Origin: Shigella phage SSP1
Direction: 5' to 3' (one strand)
Sequence record: KY963424
DNA length: 64,000 bases
The position numbers and the translations under genes are program-made. Below the pieces are notes generated by a model that saw only the letters and a list, made by a program, of their open reading frames with translations, made no database searches and was not told where the DNA came from. Positions 1-10,285 of this stretch are shown in pieces. Positions within the stretch are counted from its first letter, which is position 1. Every line of letters begins with the position of its first letter.

Positions 1-933
1 CAGGATTGGTATAACATAACCCCTACTAAAGTTATTTGGTACGTTTTGAATTTAAGATACTCAAATGGTGGTATGAGTATCTCTGGTAATCCTTTTACTG
101 GTTCAGATATTCTTATATCTCCTTCTAATTTCATAATTAAAGGGGTTAGTCTTCCCAATACTGGATACAAGTTTATTAACCAAAACGCTTTCGGTAACTT
201 AGGTTATAGACCAGATATGGAATACATTGGAAATAACGCAGCATACACTGGGGCCTTTGGGGATACCACTGCAAGATGTGAACTTGTAGGTTCTAGTAAC
301 GGGAGTTTATGGTCTCCTGTAGACTATGGAGGGGCTAAGTCTCAAATTAGTATTTACAAATTCGGAGCTGGTAAGCAATGGTACGTAAACTCTAATGATA
401 ATACTATCGGTAATGAACACGGGGTTGTTTGGGGGCCTTCAGCAGTTCCACTACGACTTTTTAGCGGAAATGTTGGTAGTTCTTACATGGGGGATGATAT
501 TACTCCCAGCTATCCAGGAACTGGAGATAGATACGTTGGTTTATCAACTATTGGGCTAGGTATACCGGGTGGCAATGCTACAGTAATTCTTACCACTGAA
601 GTTATATCAGGTAATCTTAACTGTGCAGGTGTTCCTGCTAATACATGGAATAACGGTGTGTTTCAAGTGCAAGGAAGAAGAGCATATAGTTATAGTAATG
701 GAGACGCGATATTCCACCAGATTTTAACACTACCAGTAGGGTATTTAGTACCTTTTCATACTACATCTGCTTTTAGATACACACCTAACAATGCCCTAAG
801 TAGAAATAGTTTTATATACACTGCTAAAAATCTGGGGAACGGAAATGTAGAGTTAGGGGTAGTTATGCACGTAAGTTTAGGTAGTGCAGTTTTCCTACCT
901 AGATTAAGAGTAACAGTTCAACGCCTTACCTAA
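1..933 (+). CDS. Structural protein, C-terminal part (5' end lies outside the window); Gly/Asn/Ser/Thr/Tyr-rich, fibre/receptor-binding-like
   Basis: Frame 1 is open from base 1 to the stop at 931-933, so the six-frame start at 46 (TTG) is an artefact of the window edge. Composition is typical of beta-rich tail fibre/receptor-binding proteins. Lies directly upstream of the terminase genes. Identity (e.g. pb5-like receptor-binding protein) not established. Confidence 0.35.
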
Positions 934-943
934 AGGAGGAAAT

Positions 944-1426
944 ATGGCAAATGATGTATTAGTACCAGATCTTATGTCCCCTGAAGGGATGGATGTAATT
1001 GAAGCTTATTTACAGTGCGGTAGTGATGTGCCCTCTGCCGCACGTAGTCTCGGAATGTCAGAAATTGCTTTCCGAGATATTATGAATCGTAGTGAAGTTA
1101 AGAACTACTTAAATGATATTTTTATGGAGAGTGGATTCCGTAACAGAGATCGTTTATTTGGTGTTCTGGATGAAGTTATCAAGCGTAAACTAGAGGAGCT
1201 AGAAGAAACCGGCATGGGTTCTGATCAGGATATTATGGATATTCTCTGGAAAGCACATAAAATGAAAATGGAAGAAATGAAAATGATGGTAGAATTGGAG
1301 AAAGTGAAGGCAGCAGCCCGTACTCCAGCTAATCAGACTAATATCCAGAATAACATTATTGCTGGAGCTGGAGATCAAAACTACATGGATTTAATTACTT
1401 CCCTAGCTACTGGAGGTAAGAAGTAA
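944..1426 (+). CDS. Terminase small subunit (putative)
   Basis: 160 aa, immediately upstream of and overlapping (ATGA) the large terminase gene; AGGAGG Shine-Dalgarno 7 nt before ATG; N-terminal HTH-like region and charged C-terminus. Assignment is by position and composition. Confidence 0.5.
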
Positions 1427-2742
1427 TGGAAGTATCAAGACCCTATGTTAATACAGTAGATGTTATTGATTTCGGAATAGATAAGCGTTTCTTTCGTCTA
1501 CCTGTTTCGGGAATACTAGCGCAAGAAGGTATTACACCTAATGGCCCTCAAATAGCAATTATCAATGCCCTAGAAGACCCTAGACATCGTTTTGTAACGG
1601 CGTGTGTATCACGCCGTGTGGGTAAGTCCTTTATAGCATATACACTTGGGTTCCTAAAACTGCTGGAACCTAATGTGAAAGTACTAGTAGTTGCTCCTAA
1701 CTACTCACTGGCCAATATCGGATGGTCTCAGATTCGTGGTCTTATTAAAAAGTACGGCCTACAAACCGAACGTGAGAACGCTAAAGATAAAGAGATTGAG
1801 CTGGCAAACGGCTCACTGTTTAAACTAGCTTCCGCGGCGCAGGCTGACTCAGCAGTTGGACGTTCATATGATTTTATCATCTTTGATGAGGCGGCAATTT
1901 CTGATGTTGGTGGTGATGCCTTTAGAGTTCAGCTACGTCCTACCCTAGATAAACCTAATTCTAAGGCTCTATTTATCTCTACCCCTCGTGGAGGTAACTG
2001 GTTTAAGGAGTTTTATGCCTATGGATTTGATGATACATTACCTAACTGGGTATCTATTCATGGTACATATCGTGATAACCCACGTGCTGATCTGAATGAT
2101 ATCGAAGAAGCACGTCGTACAGTTAGTAAAAACTACTTCCGTCAGGAATATGAGGCTGACTTCTCTGTATTCGAAGGTCAGATCTTTGATACCTTTAATG
2201 CTATCGATCATGTTAAAGACCTCAAAGGTATGCGTCACTTCTTTAAAGATGATGAAGCATTCGAAACGTTGCTCGGTATTGACGTTGGTTATCGTGATCC
2301 TACAGCAGTTCTTACTATCAAGTATCACTATGATACGGATACTTACTATGTATTAGAAGAGTACCAGCAAGCGGAGAAAACCACAGCTCAGCATGCTGCT
2401 TACATTCAGCACTGTATAGATCGTTATAAAGTTGATCGTGTTTTTGTTGACTCTGCCGCAGCTCAGTTCCGTCAGGACTTAGCGTATGAACATGAGATTG
2501 CCTCTGCTCCTGCTAAGAAATCTGTCCTAGATGGCCTAGCATGTTTACAAGCACTATTCCAACAGGGTAAGATTATTGTAGATGCTTCATGTTCCTCATT
2601 AATTCATGCACTGCAGAACTATAAGTGGGATTTCCAAGAAGGTGAAGAAAAATTATCACGTGAAAAACCACGTCATGATGCTAACTCTCACCTTTGTGAT
2701 GCTCTGCGCTATGGAATTTACTCTATTTCCCGTGGTAAATAA
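1426..2742 (+). CDS. Terminase large subunit (ATPase + nuclease)
   Basis: 438 aa; Walker A-like SRRVGKS, Walker B-like FIIFDEAA, C-terminal RNase H-fold nuclease region (GIDVGYRDPTA ... VDSAAAQ). Size matches T5 terminase. Confidence 0.85.
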   Translation: MEVSRPYVNTVDVIDFGIDKRFFRLPVSGILAQEGITPNGPQIAIINALEDPRHRFVTACVSRRVGKSFIAYTLGFLKLLEPNVKVLVVAPNYSLANIGWSQIRGLIKKYGLQTERENAKDKEIELANGSLFKLASAAQADSAVGRSYDFIIFDEAAISDVGGDAFRVQLRPTLDKPNSKALFISTPRGGNWFKEFYAYGFDDTLPNWVSIHGTYRDNPRADLNDIEEARRTVSKNYFRQEYEADFSVFEGQIFDTFNAIDHVKDLKGMRHFFKDDEAFETLLGIDVGYRDPTAVLTIKYHYDTDTYYVLEEYQQAEKTTAQHAAYIQHCIDRYKVDRVFVDSAAAQFRQDLAYEHEIASAPAKKSVLDGLACLQALFQQGKIIVDASCSSLIHALQNYKWDFQEGEEKLSREKPRHDANSHLCDALRYGIYSISRGK

Positions 2743-2856
2743 ATAAGTATAGGATGGGATACTACTCAGTTGGTATCCCATCCCTGCATTTTAAAATCCC
2801 CTTTACAAATTCGATACGATTATGTATACTATATTCATACAGTTGAGGAGAACACT

Positions 2857-3294
2857 ATGGCAAGCAATGTAAAATATAAACGCGATGCTATATCCCTTAT
2901 GAGAGACGGAATAAAAAGTCAATATAAAAAAGACTCTCAATGTGCTATCTGCGGTTGTGCTGAAGAATTAGAGCTTCATCATTACCATACGGTGTCTCTA
3001 CTAGTTAAAAAATTTGCTAAAGAACTCCAATTGGATTTCACTGACGAAGAAATAGTCCTTTCAAATAGGACGGCATTCTATGATCGATATAGGCATGAGC
3101 TAGTAGAAGACACTGTTACCCTTTGTGTACACCATCACCAATTATTACATAAGGTTTACACAAAAGAACCTCCTTTATTTTCTGCTAATAAGCAAAAAGT
3201 GTGGGTTCAAAAGCAGAAAGACAAATTACAGAATCCTCAAGAAAAGACACAAGTCAAGACTGAAACAAAATCAGGATTCGCAAGGTTCTTATAA
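2857..3294 (+). CDS. HNH endonuclease-like protein (terminase-associated)
   Basis: Start moved to ATG 2857 (GAGGAG SD at 2845-2850); the six-frame start at 2770 falls inside the hairpin after terL. CxxC (CAICGC) ... LHHYH ... N ... CVHHHQLLH is consistent with a His-Me finger/HNH motif. Confidence 0.45.
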   Translation: MASNVKYKRDAISLMRDGIKSQYKKDSQCAICGCAEELELHHYHTVSLLVKKFAKELQLDFTDEEIVLSNRTAFYDRYRHELVEDTVTLCVHHHQLLHKVYTKEPPLFSANKQKVWVQKQKDKLQNPQEKTQVKTETKSGFARFL

Positions 3295-4511
3295 TGGGTT
3301 TTAAAAGCTGGATTACTGAAAAGCTAAATCCGGGTCAACGTATTATAAGAGACATGGAACCAGTTAGTCATCGCACTAACCGTAAGCCTTTTACCACTGG
3401 ACAAGCCTACAGTAAAATTGAGATTCTCAATAGAACTGCTAATATGGTTATAGATAGTGCGGCGGAGTGTTCTTATACTGTCGGAGATAAATATAATATT
3501 GTCACGTATGCCAATGGCATCAAGGCAAAGACTCTAGACACTCTCTTAAATGTACGACCTAATCCATTCATGGATATAAGCACATTCCGTAGACTTGTAG
3601 TCACTGACCTACTTTTTGAAGGTTGTGCATACATCTATTGGGATGGCACAGCACTTTATCATGTCCCTGCTGCACTTATGCAAGTAGAGGCAGATGCCAA
3701 TAAGTTTATCAAAAAATTTATATTTAATAATCAGATAGACTATCGCGTAGATGAGATTATCTTTATAAAGGATAACAGTTACGTGTGTGGCACAAATTCT
3801 CAAATTTCTGGACAATCTCGTGTTGCTACTGTTATTGATTCTCTTGAGAAGCGATCTAAGATGCTTAACTTTAAAGAGAAATTCCTCGATAACGGAACCG
3901 TGATTGGTCTTATTCTTGAGACGGATGAAATCCTGAACAAGAAATTGCGTGAGCGTAAACAAGAAGAATTACAACTAGATTATAATCCTAGTACTGGTCA
4001 GTCCTCTGTCCTGATTCTAGATGGTGGTATGAAAGCTAAACCGTACTCCCAAATATCCTCTTTTAAAGATCTAGACTTTAAGGAAGACATTGAAGGATTT
4101 AATAAATCCATCTGTCTAGCCTTTGGTGTTCCGCAAGTGTTACTTGATGGCGGTAATAATGCGAACATTCGACCAAATATCGAACTGTTCTATTACATGA
4201 CTATCATCCCTATGCTGAACAAACTGACTAGTTCTCTTACTTTCTTTTTTGGTTATAAGATTACTCCTAATACTAAGGAAGTAGCTGCGTTAACACCAGA
4301 CAAAGAAGCTGAGGCTAAACATTTAACCTCATTGGTTAATAATGGTATTATGACTGGTAATGAAGCTCGTTTAGAGCTGAACCTTGAACCTTTAGATGAT
4401 GAGCAGATGAATAAGATTCGTATTCCTGCTAACGTTGCTGGTTCTGCAACAGGCGTATCTGGTCAAGAAGGTGGTAGACCTCAAGGTTCCACCGAGGGAG
4501 ATAAAGAATGA
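3294..4511 (+). CDS. Portal protein
   Basis: 405 aa; position between terminase and protease/capsid; size matches T5 portal (pb7-like); start overlaps upstream stop (TAATG). Confidence 0.7.
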   Translation: MGFKSWITEKLNPGQRIIRDMEPVSHRTNRKPFTTGQAYSKIEILNRTANMVIDSAAECSYTVGDKYNIVTYANGIKAKTLDTLLNVRPNPFMDISTFRRLVVTDLLFEGCAYIYWDGTALYHVPAALMQVEADANKFIKKFIFNNQIDYRVDEIIFIKDNSYVCGTNSQISGQSRVATVIDSLEKRSKMLNFKEKFLDNGTVIGLILETDEILNKKLRERKQEELQLDYNPSTGQSSVLILDGGMKAKPYSQISSFKDLDFKEDIEGFNKSICLAFGVPQVLLDGGNNANIRPNIELFYYMTIIPMLNKLTSSLTFFFGYKITPNTKEVAALTPDKEAEAKHLTSLVNNGIMTGNEARLELNLEPLDDEQMNKIRIPANVAGSATGVSGQEGGRPQGSTEGDKE

Positions 4512-4990
4512 TTGATTATAATGGTCTAAAGACCATTTTTGGTGAAAAACTACCAGAATCTCATATCTTCTTTGCTACGGTTGCTGCGCATAAATATGTT
4601 CCTAGCTATGCTTTTCTACGTAGAGAACTAGGACTTTCATCTGCGCATACTAACCGTAAAGTATGGAAGAAATTTGTAGAGGCATATGGTAAAGCAGTTC
4701 CCCCTGCTCCACCATTAACTCTTTCTAAAGATTTAACTGCTAGTATGTCTATTACAGAAGGGGCAACATTAACACTTTCTGTTACTGCAACCGGTGGCAC
4801 CGGTCCTTATACTTACGCATGGACTAAAGATGGTTCTCCTATTCCAGGTGCTTCAGGAGCTACCTACACTAAGCCTGCAGCAGCTACTGATGATTCTGGA
4901 GTCTATAAAGCAACGGTTACAGATAGCAAGAAAGTTAGTAAACCTTCTACTGCATGTACAGTAACGGTTAATCCAGGTGTTGGAGGCTAA
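4508..4990 (+). CDS. Capsid decoration protein (pb10-like) with C-terminal Ig-like domain
   Basis: 160 aa; C-terminal ~90 aa (TLTLSVTATGGTGPYTYAWTKDGSPIPGASGATYTKPAAATDDSGVYKATVTD) looks like an Ig-like domain; T5 decoration protein has similar size and architecture. Confidence 0.55.
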   Translation: MIDYNGLKTIFGEKLPESHIFFATVAAHKYVPSYAFLRRELGLSSAHTNRKVWKKFVEAYGKAVPPAPPLTLSKDLTASMSITEGATLTLSVTATGGTGPYTYAWTKDGSPIPGASGATYTKPAAATDDSGVYKATVTDSKKVSKPSTACTVTVNPGVGG

Positions 4991-4993
4991 TAA

Positions 4994-5626
4994 ATGACAC
5001 AAGCTGCTATTGACTATAACAAGTTAAAATCAGCACCGGTTCATTTAGATGCTTATATTAAATCTATTGATAGCGAATCCAAAGAGGGTGTTGTAAAAAT
5101 CCGTGGATTCGCTAATACAATTAGTAAAGATCGCGCTGGTGATGTAATTCCTGCTTCGGCATGGAAAACATCTAATGCACTTGCTAACTACATGAAAAAC
5201 CCGATTATTCTTTTCGGACATGACCATCGTCGTCCAATCGGCAAGTGTATTGATCTTAACCCTACTGAAATGGGTCTCGAAATCGAATGCGAGATCTACG
5301 AAAGTTCTGATCCGGCTATCTTTTCACTAATTAAAAACGGTGTACTGAAAACTTTTAGTATCGGATTCCGCTGCCTAGATGCAGAGTGGGATGAAGCTAC
5401 TGATATATTTATTATTAAAGATTTAGAACTATACGAAGTCTCGGTAGTTTCTGTACCTTGTAATCAGGACTCAACATTCAACCTCGCTAAGAGCATGAAT
5501 GGTCATGATTATACTGAATGGCGTAAATCTTTTACTGCAATAAGTTCTAAAGCTGTCCCAGCTCAAGAACGTAATCTTTCTGAACTAGAAAAACTTGCGA
5601 TAGCTTTAGGCTACGTTAAAGAATAA
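4994..5626 (+). CDS. Prohead maturation protease
   Basis: 210 aa, immediately upstream of the major capsid gene; GGAGG SD; position and size match a prohead protease (T5 pb11-like). Confidence 0.6.
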   Translation: MTQAAIDYNKLKSAPVHLDAYIKSIDSESKEGVVKIRGFANTISKDRAGDVIPASAWKTSNALANYMKNPIILFGHDHRRPIGKCIDLNPTEMGLEIECEIYESSDPAIFSLIKNGVLKTFSIGFRCLDAEWDEATDIFIIKDLELYEVSVVSVPCNQDSTFNLAKSMNGHDYTEWRKSFTAISSKAVPAQERNLSELEKLAIALGYVKE

Positions 5627-5643
5627 CGGAGAATTATTTAAAA

Positions 5644-7020
5644 ATGACTATTGATATTAATAAGCTGAAAGAAGAACTTGGTCTGGGTGATCTGGCTAAA
5701 TCTCTGGAAGGTCTGACCGCTGCTCAGAAAGCTGCTGAAGCTGAACGTATGCGTAAAGAGCAGGAAGAAAAAGAACTGGCCCGTATGAATGACCTGGTTT
5801 CTAAAGCAGTTGGCGAAGATCGTCAGAAACTGGAAGAAGCTCTGACTCTGGTTAAGTCTCTGGACGAGAAATCCAAGAAGAGCGCAGAACTGTTTGCACA
5901 GACTGTAGAAAAACAGCAGGAAACTATTGTTGGTCTCCAGGATGAAATTAAATCTCTGCTGGCAGCTCGTGAAGGACGTTCCTTCGTCGGTGATAGCGTA
6001 GCTAAAGCACTGTACGGTACTCAGGAAAACTTTGAAGATGAAGTTGAAAAACTGGTTCTGTTATCTTATGTAATGGAAAAAGGCGTATTCGAGACCGAGC
6101 ACGGTCAGAGACACCTGAAAGCTGTAAACCAGTCCTCTTCAGTAGAAGTTTCTAGTGAAAGCTATGAAACTATTTTCTCCCAGCGTATTATTCGTGACCT
6201 GCAGAAAGAACTAGTAGTTGGTGCTCTGTTTGAAGAACTGCCAATGTCCAGCAAAATTCTTACTATGCTGGTTGAACCAGATGCTGGTAAAGCTACTTGG
6301 GTAGATGCTAATACATATGGTACTGATGCTACTACTGGTAACGAAGTTAAAGGTGCTCTGACTGAAATTCAGTTCAAAACCTATAAACTGGCTGCTAAGT
6401 CCTTCATTACTGATGAAACTGAAGAAGATGCAATCTTCTCCCTGCTACCATTGCTGCGTAAGCGTCTGATTGAAGCACACGCTGTTTCTATCGAAGAAGC
6501 GTTTATGACTGGTGACGGTACTGGTAAGCCTAAGGGTCTGCTGAAACTGGCTGAAGGCGATAGTGCTAAAGTTATTACTGAAGCTAAAGCTGATGGTTCT
6601 GTTCTAGTAACTGCTAAAACTATCTCTAAACTGCGTCGTAAACTGGGCCGTCATGGTCTGAAACTGAGCAAACTGGTACTTATCGTATCTATGGATGCTT
6701 ACTACGATCTGCTGGAAGATGAAGAATGGCAGGATGTTGCCCAGGTTGGTAATGATGCTGTTAAACTGCAAGGTCAGGTTGGTCGTATTTACGGTCTGCC
6801 GGTTGTAGTTTCTGAGTTCTTCCCGGCTAAAGCTAACTCTGCAGAGTTCGCAGTTATTGTTTATAAAGATAACTTCGTAATGCCGCGTCAGCGTGCTGTT
6901 ACTGTTGAACGTGAGCGCCAAGCTGGTAAACAGCGTGATGCGTACTACGTTACTCAGCGTGTTAACCTGCAACGTTACTTCGAAAACGGCGTTGTATCTG
7001 GTGCTTACGCTGCATCTTAA
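5644..7020 (+). CDS. Major capsid protein precursor (HK97 fold)
   Basis: 458 aa (same length as T5 pb8 precursor); coiled-coil N-terminal scaffolding-like region followed by capsid domain; strongly host-optimised codon usage (CTG, CGT, GGT, GCT, AAA, GAA), unlike neighbours; followed by a strong intrinsic terminator. Confidence 0.85.
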   Translation: MTIDINKLKEELGLGDLAKSLEGLTAAQKAAEAERMRKEQEEKELARMNDLVSKAVGEDRQKLEEALTLVKSLDEKSKKSAELFAQTVEKQQETIVGLQDEIKSLLAAREGRSFVGDSVAKALYGTQENFEDEVEKLVLLSYVMEKGVFETEHGQRHLKAVNQSSSVEVSSESYETIFSQRIIRDLQKELVVGALFEELPMSSKILTMLVEPDAGKATWVDANTYGTDATTGNEVKGALTEIQFKTYKLAAKSFITDETEEDAIFSLLPLLRKRLIEAHAVSIEEAFMTGDGTGKPKGLLKLAEGDSAKVITEAKADGSVLVTAKTISKLRRKLGRHGLKLSKLVLIVSMDAYYDLLEDEEWQDVAQVGNDAVKLQGQVGRIYGLPVVVSEFFPAKANSAEFAVIVYKDNFVMPRQRAVTVERERQAGKQRDAYYVTQRVNLQRYFENGVVSGAYAAS

Positions 7021-7040
7021 TACAGGCTTTTCAGCCGATA

Positions 7041-7065
7041 AGGAGAGCTTCGGCTCTCCTTTTTT
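7041..7065 (+). terminator. Rho-independent terminator after major capsid gene
   Basis: 8-bp GC-rich stem AGGAGAGC/GCTCTCCT with UUCG tetraloop followed by TTTTTT. Confidence 0.75.
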
Positions 7066-7079
7066 ATTGGGAAAAATAA

Positions 7080-7592
7080 ATGCAAATCATCACAGCCGAA
7101 GATTATAGATTATATGGTAGCTTAAAACGACCTGAATTAGAATCTGGTGTAGAAATGATGATTACTGCTGCCAATGCGCTGATCACGAGCCTTCTAGGCA
7201 TGGATGATGCTGATGCGGTAGACCAGTTAATCAATACAAAACCTACACGTAGGAAATATTTTCTGAGTTCACCATCTGCTACCTCCGTAACTAAAGTGAC
7301 GATTAATGATAATGAGATTGACCCAGAGCAGTATAAGCTATACTCTGACGGTATTATCCTTCTCAAATTTAATCCTCCAGAAGGTTATATGGATGTAGCA
7401 TATACACAAGGTGGATTTAATCCAGTGCCTGAAGATCTCAAACTTGCAGCGTGTATGCTAGTAGATCATTGGCATAAACAAGATTATCGCCAAGCTAAAA
7501 CAATTGGTGGTGAAACAGTAACCTTCAATAGCACTAAGTCTGGTATTCCAGAGCATATTCGTACTATTATTGAAGTATATAGGAGAGTATAA
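7080..7592 (+). CDS. Head completion / head-tail adaptor protein (p144-like)
   Basis: 170 aa, first gene after capsid terminator; position and size only. Confidence 0.4.
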   Translation: MQIITAEDYRLYGSLKRPELESGVEMMITAANALITSLLGMDDADAVDQLINTKPTRRKYFLSSPSATSVTKVTINDNEIDPEQYKLYSDGIILLKFNPPEGYMDVAYTQGGFNPVPEDLKLAACMLVDHWHKQDYRQAKTIGGETVTFNSTKSGIPEHIRTIIEVYRRV

Positions 7593-8359
7593 TGTCTCTT
7601 TCCGATCTAGCTAAACAAATTATTAAAGAGCAGCTAGATACTGCAGGACGATCTGAAAATAATAAGAATACTGTTGTGTACTCTGTTGAAACAGGGTTAA
7701 AAGATCCTACCAGAGATGGTACTATTGCTCAAGTATCTTTTAAGTTTTCAAAACCCGTATCACAAGATCTTCTTGATGTTAGAACAGCCTCCATACTAAA
7801 AGCTGTATCCTCTAGTTTAGATATTTCAGGAGATTTAGGTGCTCTAGAAAATTTAATACAAGCAACTGCTGGTAAAAAATCTGCTGTAGGTAAAAAACGT
7901 TCTACAGGCAGAGTACAGGTAAACTTTGGAGATCCTAAAGACGTAGAGGATGGATACTCAGGTGCAATAACAGGTGCTTCCGGACGTTTCGTGTCTAATA
8001 GCAATATGAAGGTTATATTAGAGATAGTTGCTAAAGAATACTTAATAAAGGATATGAAAAAGACAGGAGCGCCATTAAAATTTAGAACCGGTCGCTTTGC
8101 AAATTCTCTAAAAATTAAGGATGTTATGCTTAGAGACGCAGAGACTAGTAAAGGTTCTCCTGAATTGAACGTAACATATAATTATATGACTCGTCCATAT
8201 TCTGTGTTCAACCCCGCAGTATCTACATATAGAAGATTATCTCTACGACCTTATCCTGGCGCTAGAAACCCACAAAAACTTATTGGTGAGGCTATAGCAA
8301 AAGCTGCAAGAGACCTGATTCACTCCAGATATAAAATTAAGGTTAATCAAGGAACCTAA
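7592..8359 (+). CDS. Tail completion protein (p143-like, putative)
   Basis: 255 aa; position between adaptor and tail terminator; start overlaps upstream stop. Confidence 0.35.
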   Translation: MSLSDLAKQIIKEQLDTAGRSENNKNTVVYSVETGLKDPTRDGTIAQVSFKFSKPVSQDLLDVRTASILKAVSSSLDISGDLGALENLIQATAGKKSAVGKKRSTGRVQVNFGDPKDVEDGYSGAITGASGRFVSNSNMKVILEIVAKEYLIKDMKKTGAPLKFRTGRFANSLKIKDVMLRDAETSKGSPELNVTYNYMTRPYSVFNPAVSTYRRLSLRPYPGARNPQKLIGEAIAKAARDLIHSRYKIKVNQGT

Positions 8360-8362
8360 TAA

Positions 8363-8848
8363 ATGGACCATAGAACAAGTATTGCACAAGCTATGGTTGA
8401 CCGAATCTCTAAACAAATGGATGGTTCTCAACCTGACGAATATTTTAATAACCTATACGGAAACGTTTCTCGTCAAACTTATAAATTTGAGGAAATACGA
8501 GAGTTTCCTTATGTGGCAGTTCATATCGGAACTGAAACTGGGCAGTATCTTCCTTCAGGCCAACAGTGGATGTTTTTAGAACTTCCAATCCTGGTGTACG
8601 ATAAAGAGAAAACAGACATTCAAGAGCAACTTGAAAAACTCGTAGCGGATATAAAAACCGTTATTGACACAGGTGGAAATTTAGAATATACTGTTAGTAA
8701 ACCTAATGGATCGACCTTCCCATGTGAGGCAACTGATATGATCATTACATCAGTTAGTACAGATGAGGGTCTACTGGCCCCATATGGTTTAGCAGAAATA
8801 AATGTAACAGTGAGGTATCAGCCTCCACGTAGGTCACTTCGCAGATAA
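8363..8848 (+). CDS. Tail terminator protein (p142-like, putative)
   Basis: 161 aa immediately upstream of tail tube gene; position and size only. Confidence 0.35.
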   Translation: MDHRTSIAQAMVDRISKQMDGSQPDEYFNNLYGNVSRQTYKFEEIREFPYVAVHIGTETGQYLPSGQQWMFLELPILVYDKEKTDIQEQLEKLVADIKTVIDTGGNLEYTVSKPNGSTFPCEATDMIITSVSTDEGLLAPYGLAEINVTVRYQPPRRSLRR

Positions 8849-8874
8849 GTTACAGATTAGGAGAAAATAATTAA

Positions 8875-10281
8875 ATGTCTTTACAACTATTACGTAATAC
8901 TCGAATCTTCGTGTCTACGGTTAAGACCGGTCACAATAAGACCAACACGCAAGAGATTCTAGTTCAGGATGATATTTCTTGGGGTCAGGACAGTAACTCA
9001 ACAGATATTACTGTTAATGAAGCTGGTCCGCGTCCAACTCGTGGTTCTAAACGTTTTAATGACTCTTTAAACGCAGCTGAGTGGAGTTTCTCTACTTATA
9101 TCCTGCCATATAAAGATAAAACTACTAACAAACAGATTGTTCCTGACTATATGTTATGGCATGCACTTTCTAGTGGTAAAGCTCTTAACCTAGAAGGTGA
9201 TACAGGAGCACACAATAACGAAGCTAACTTTATGGTTAACTTCAAAGATAACTCTTATCACGAGTTAGCAATGTTACATATTTATATTCTGACCGATAAA
9301 GCATGGAGTTATATCGATTCCTGTCAGATTAATCAGGCAGAAGTTAACGTTGATATTGAAGATATTGGTCGTGTAACTTGGTCTGGTAATGGTAATCAGC
9401 TTATTCCTCTGGATGCTCAGCCATTTGATCCTGATACTGTAGGTATTGATGATGAAACTTATATGACTATTCAGAGTTCTTATATCAAGAACAAATTGAC
9501 TATCCTGAAAATTAAGGATATGGATTCTGATAAGGCATATGATATCCCTATTACTGGCGGTACTTTCACCATTAATAACAATATCACGTACCTAACCCCG
9601 AATATTATGTCCCGTGTAAATATTCCGATCGGTTCATTTACTGGTGCGTTTGAATTAACTGGTTCACTAACTGCCTATCTAAATGATAAATCTCTTGGTT
9701 CTATGGAGCTGTACAAAGATCTTATCAAGACTCTGAAGGTAGTTAACAAGTTTGAAATTGCACTTATCCTTGGTGGTGAGTATGATGATGAACGCCCGGC
9801 AGCTGTGTTAGTTGCTAAACAGGCGCATGTTAACATTCCTACTATTGAGACTGATGATGTACTTGGTACTTCAGTAGAGTTTAAAGCTATTCCTACAGAT
9901 CTGGATACTGGTGATGAAGGTTATCTTGGTTTCTCTAGCAAGTATACTAAAACCACTGTGGCTAATCTGATTGCTACAGGAGATGGCGCTAAAACTCCAC
10001 CAAAACTAGTTGAATCAATCACAGTTAAATCTGCTGGTAATGTCACTTCAGTAGCGAACAGTAATACTCTACAGATGTCTGTTGAAGTAACTCCGCCAGA
10101 TGCTACTAATAGTGCCGTAACCTGGTCTATTTCTAGTGGTGATGCAGCTACAATTGATCCAGAGTCTGGTCTATTAACTGCGGACACTACTAAGACAGGC
10201 TCTGTTACTGTCAAAGCTGTAGCTAAAGACGGTTCTGGTGTAGAAGGTACTAAGAGCATTACAGTTACTGCTGGTGGCTAA
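8875..10281 (+). CDS. Major tail tube protein (pb6-like) with C-terminal Ig-like (Big_2) domain
   Basis: 468 aa (T5 pb6 is about 464 aa); AGGAG SD; C-terminal ~100 aa (ITVKSAGNVTSVANSNTLQMSVEVTPPDATNSAVTWSISSGDAATIDPESGLLTADTTKTGSVTVKAVAKDGSG) is a clear bacterial Ig-like domain. Confidence 0.75.
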   Translation: MSLQLLRNTRIFVSTVKTGHNKTNTQEILVQDDISWGQDSNSTDITVNEAGPRPTRGSKRFNDSLNAAEWSFSTYILPYKDKTTNKQIVPDYMLWHALSSGKALNLEGDTGAHNNEANFMVNFKDNSYHELAMLHIYILTDKAWSYIDSCQINQAEVNVDIEDIGRVTWSGNGNQLIPLDAQPFDPDTVGIDDETYMTIQSSYIKNKLTILKIKDMDSDKAYDIPITGGTFTINNNITYLTPNIMSRVNIPIGSFTGAFELTGSLTAYLNDKSLGSMELYKDLIKTLKVVNKFEIALILGGEYDDERPAAVLVAKQAHVNIPTIETDDVLGTSVEFKAIPTDLDTGDEGYLGFSSKYTKTTVANLIATGDGAKTPPKLVESITVKSAGNVTSVANSNTLQMSVEVTPPDATNSAVTWSISSGDAATIDPESGLLTADTTKTGSVTVKAVAKDGSGVEGTKSITVTAGG

Positions 10282-10285
10282 TTAA

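Noticed and set aside
1-933. Calling the 5'-truncated first ORF the pb5 receptor-binding protein
   Set aside because: Composition and location are compatible with a fibre/receptor-binding protein, but I cannot match the sequence to pb5 from memory and gene order near the terminase is uncertain; left as a generic fibre-like structural protein.
2038-2356. Short ORFs on both strands inside the terminase large subunit gene (2038-2328 -, 2096-2356 +)
   Set aside because: Fully embedded in a confidently identified gene with clear motifs; low-complexity translations; typical six-frame noise in AT-rich DNA.
2770-2856. Six-frame start of ORF 2770 (MVSHPCILKS...)
   Set aside because: These codons lie within the 11-bp-stem hairpin that follows terL; a GAGGAG SD precedes ATG 2857, so the shorter CDS was preferred.
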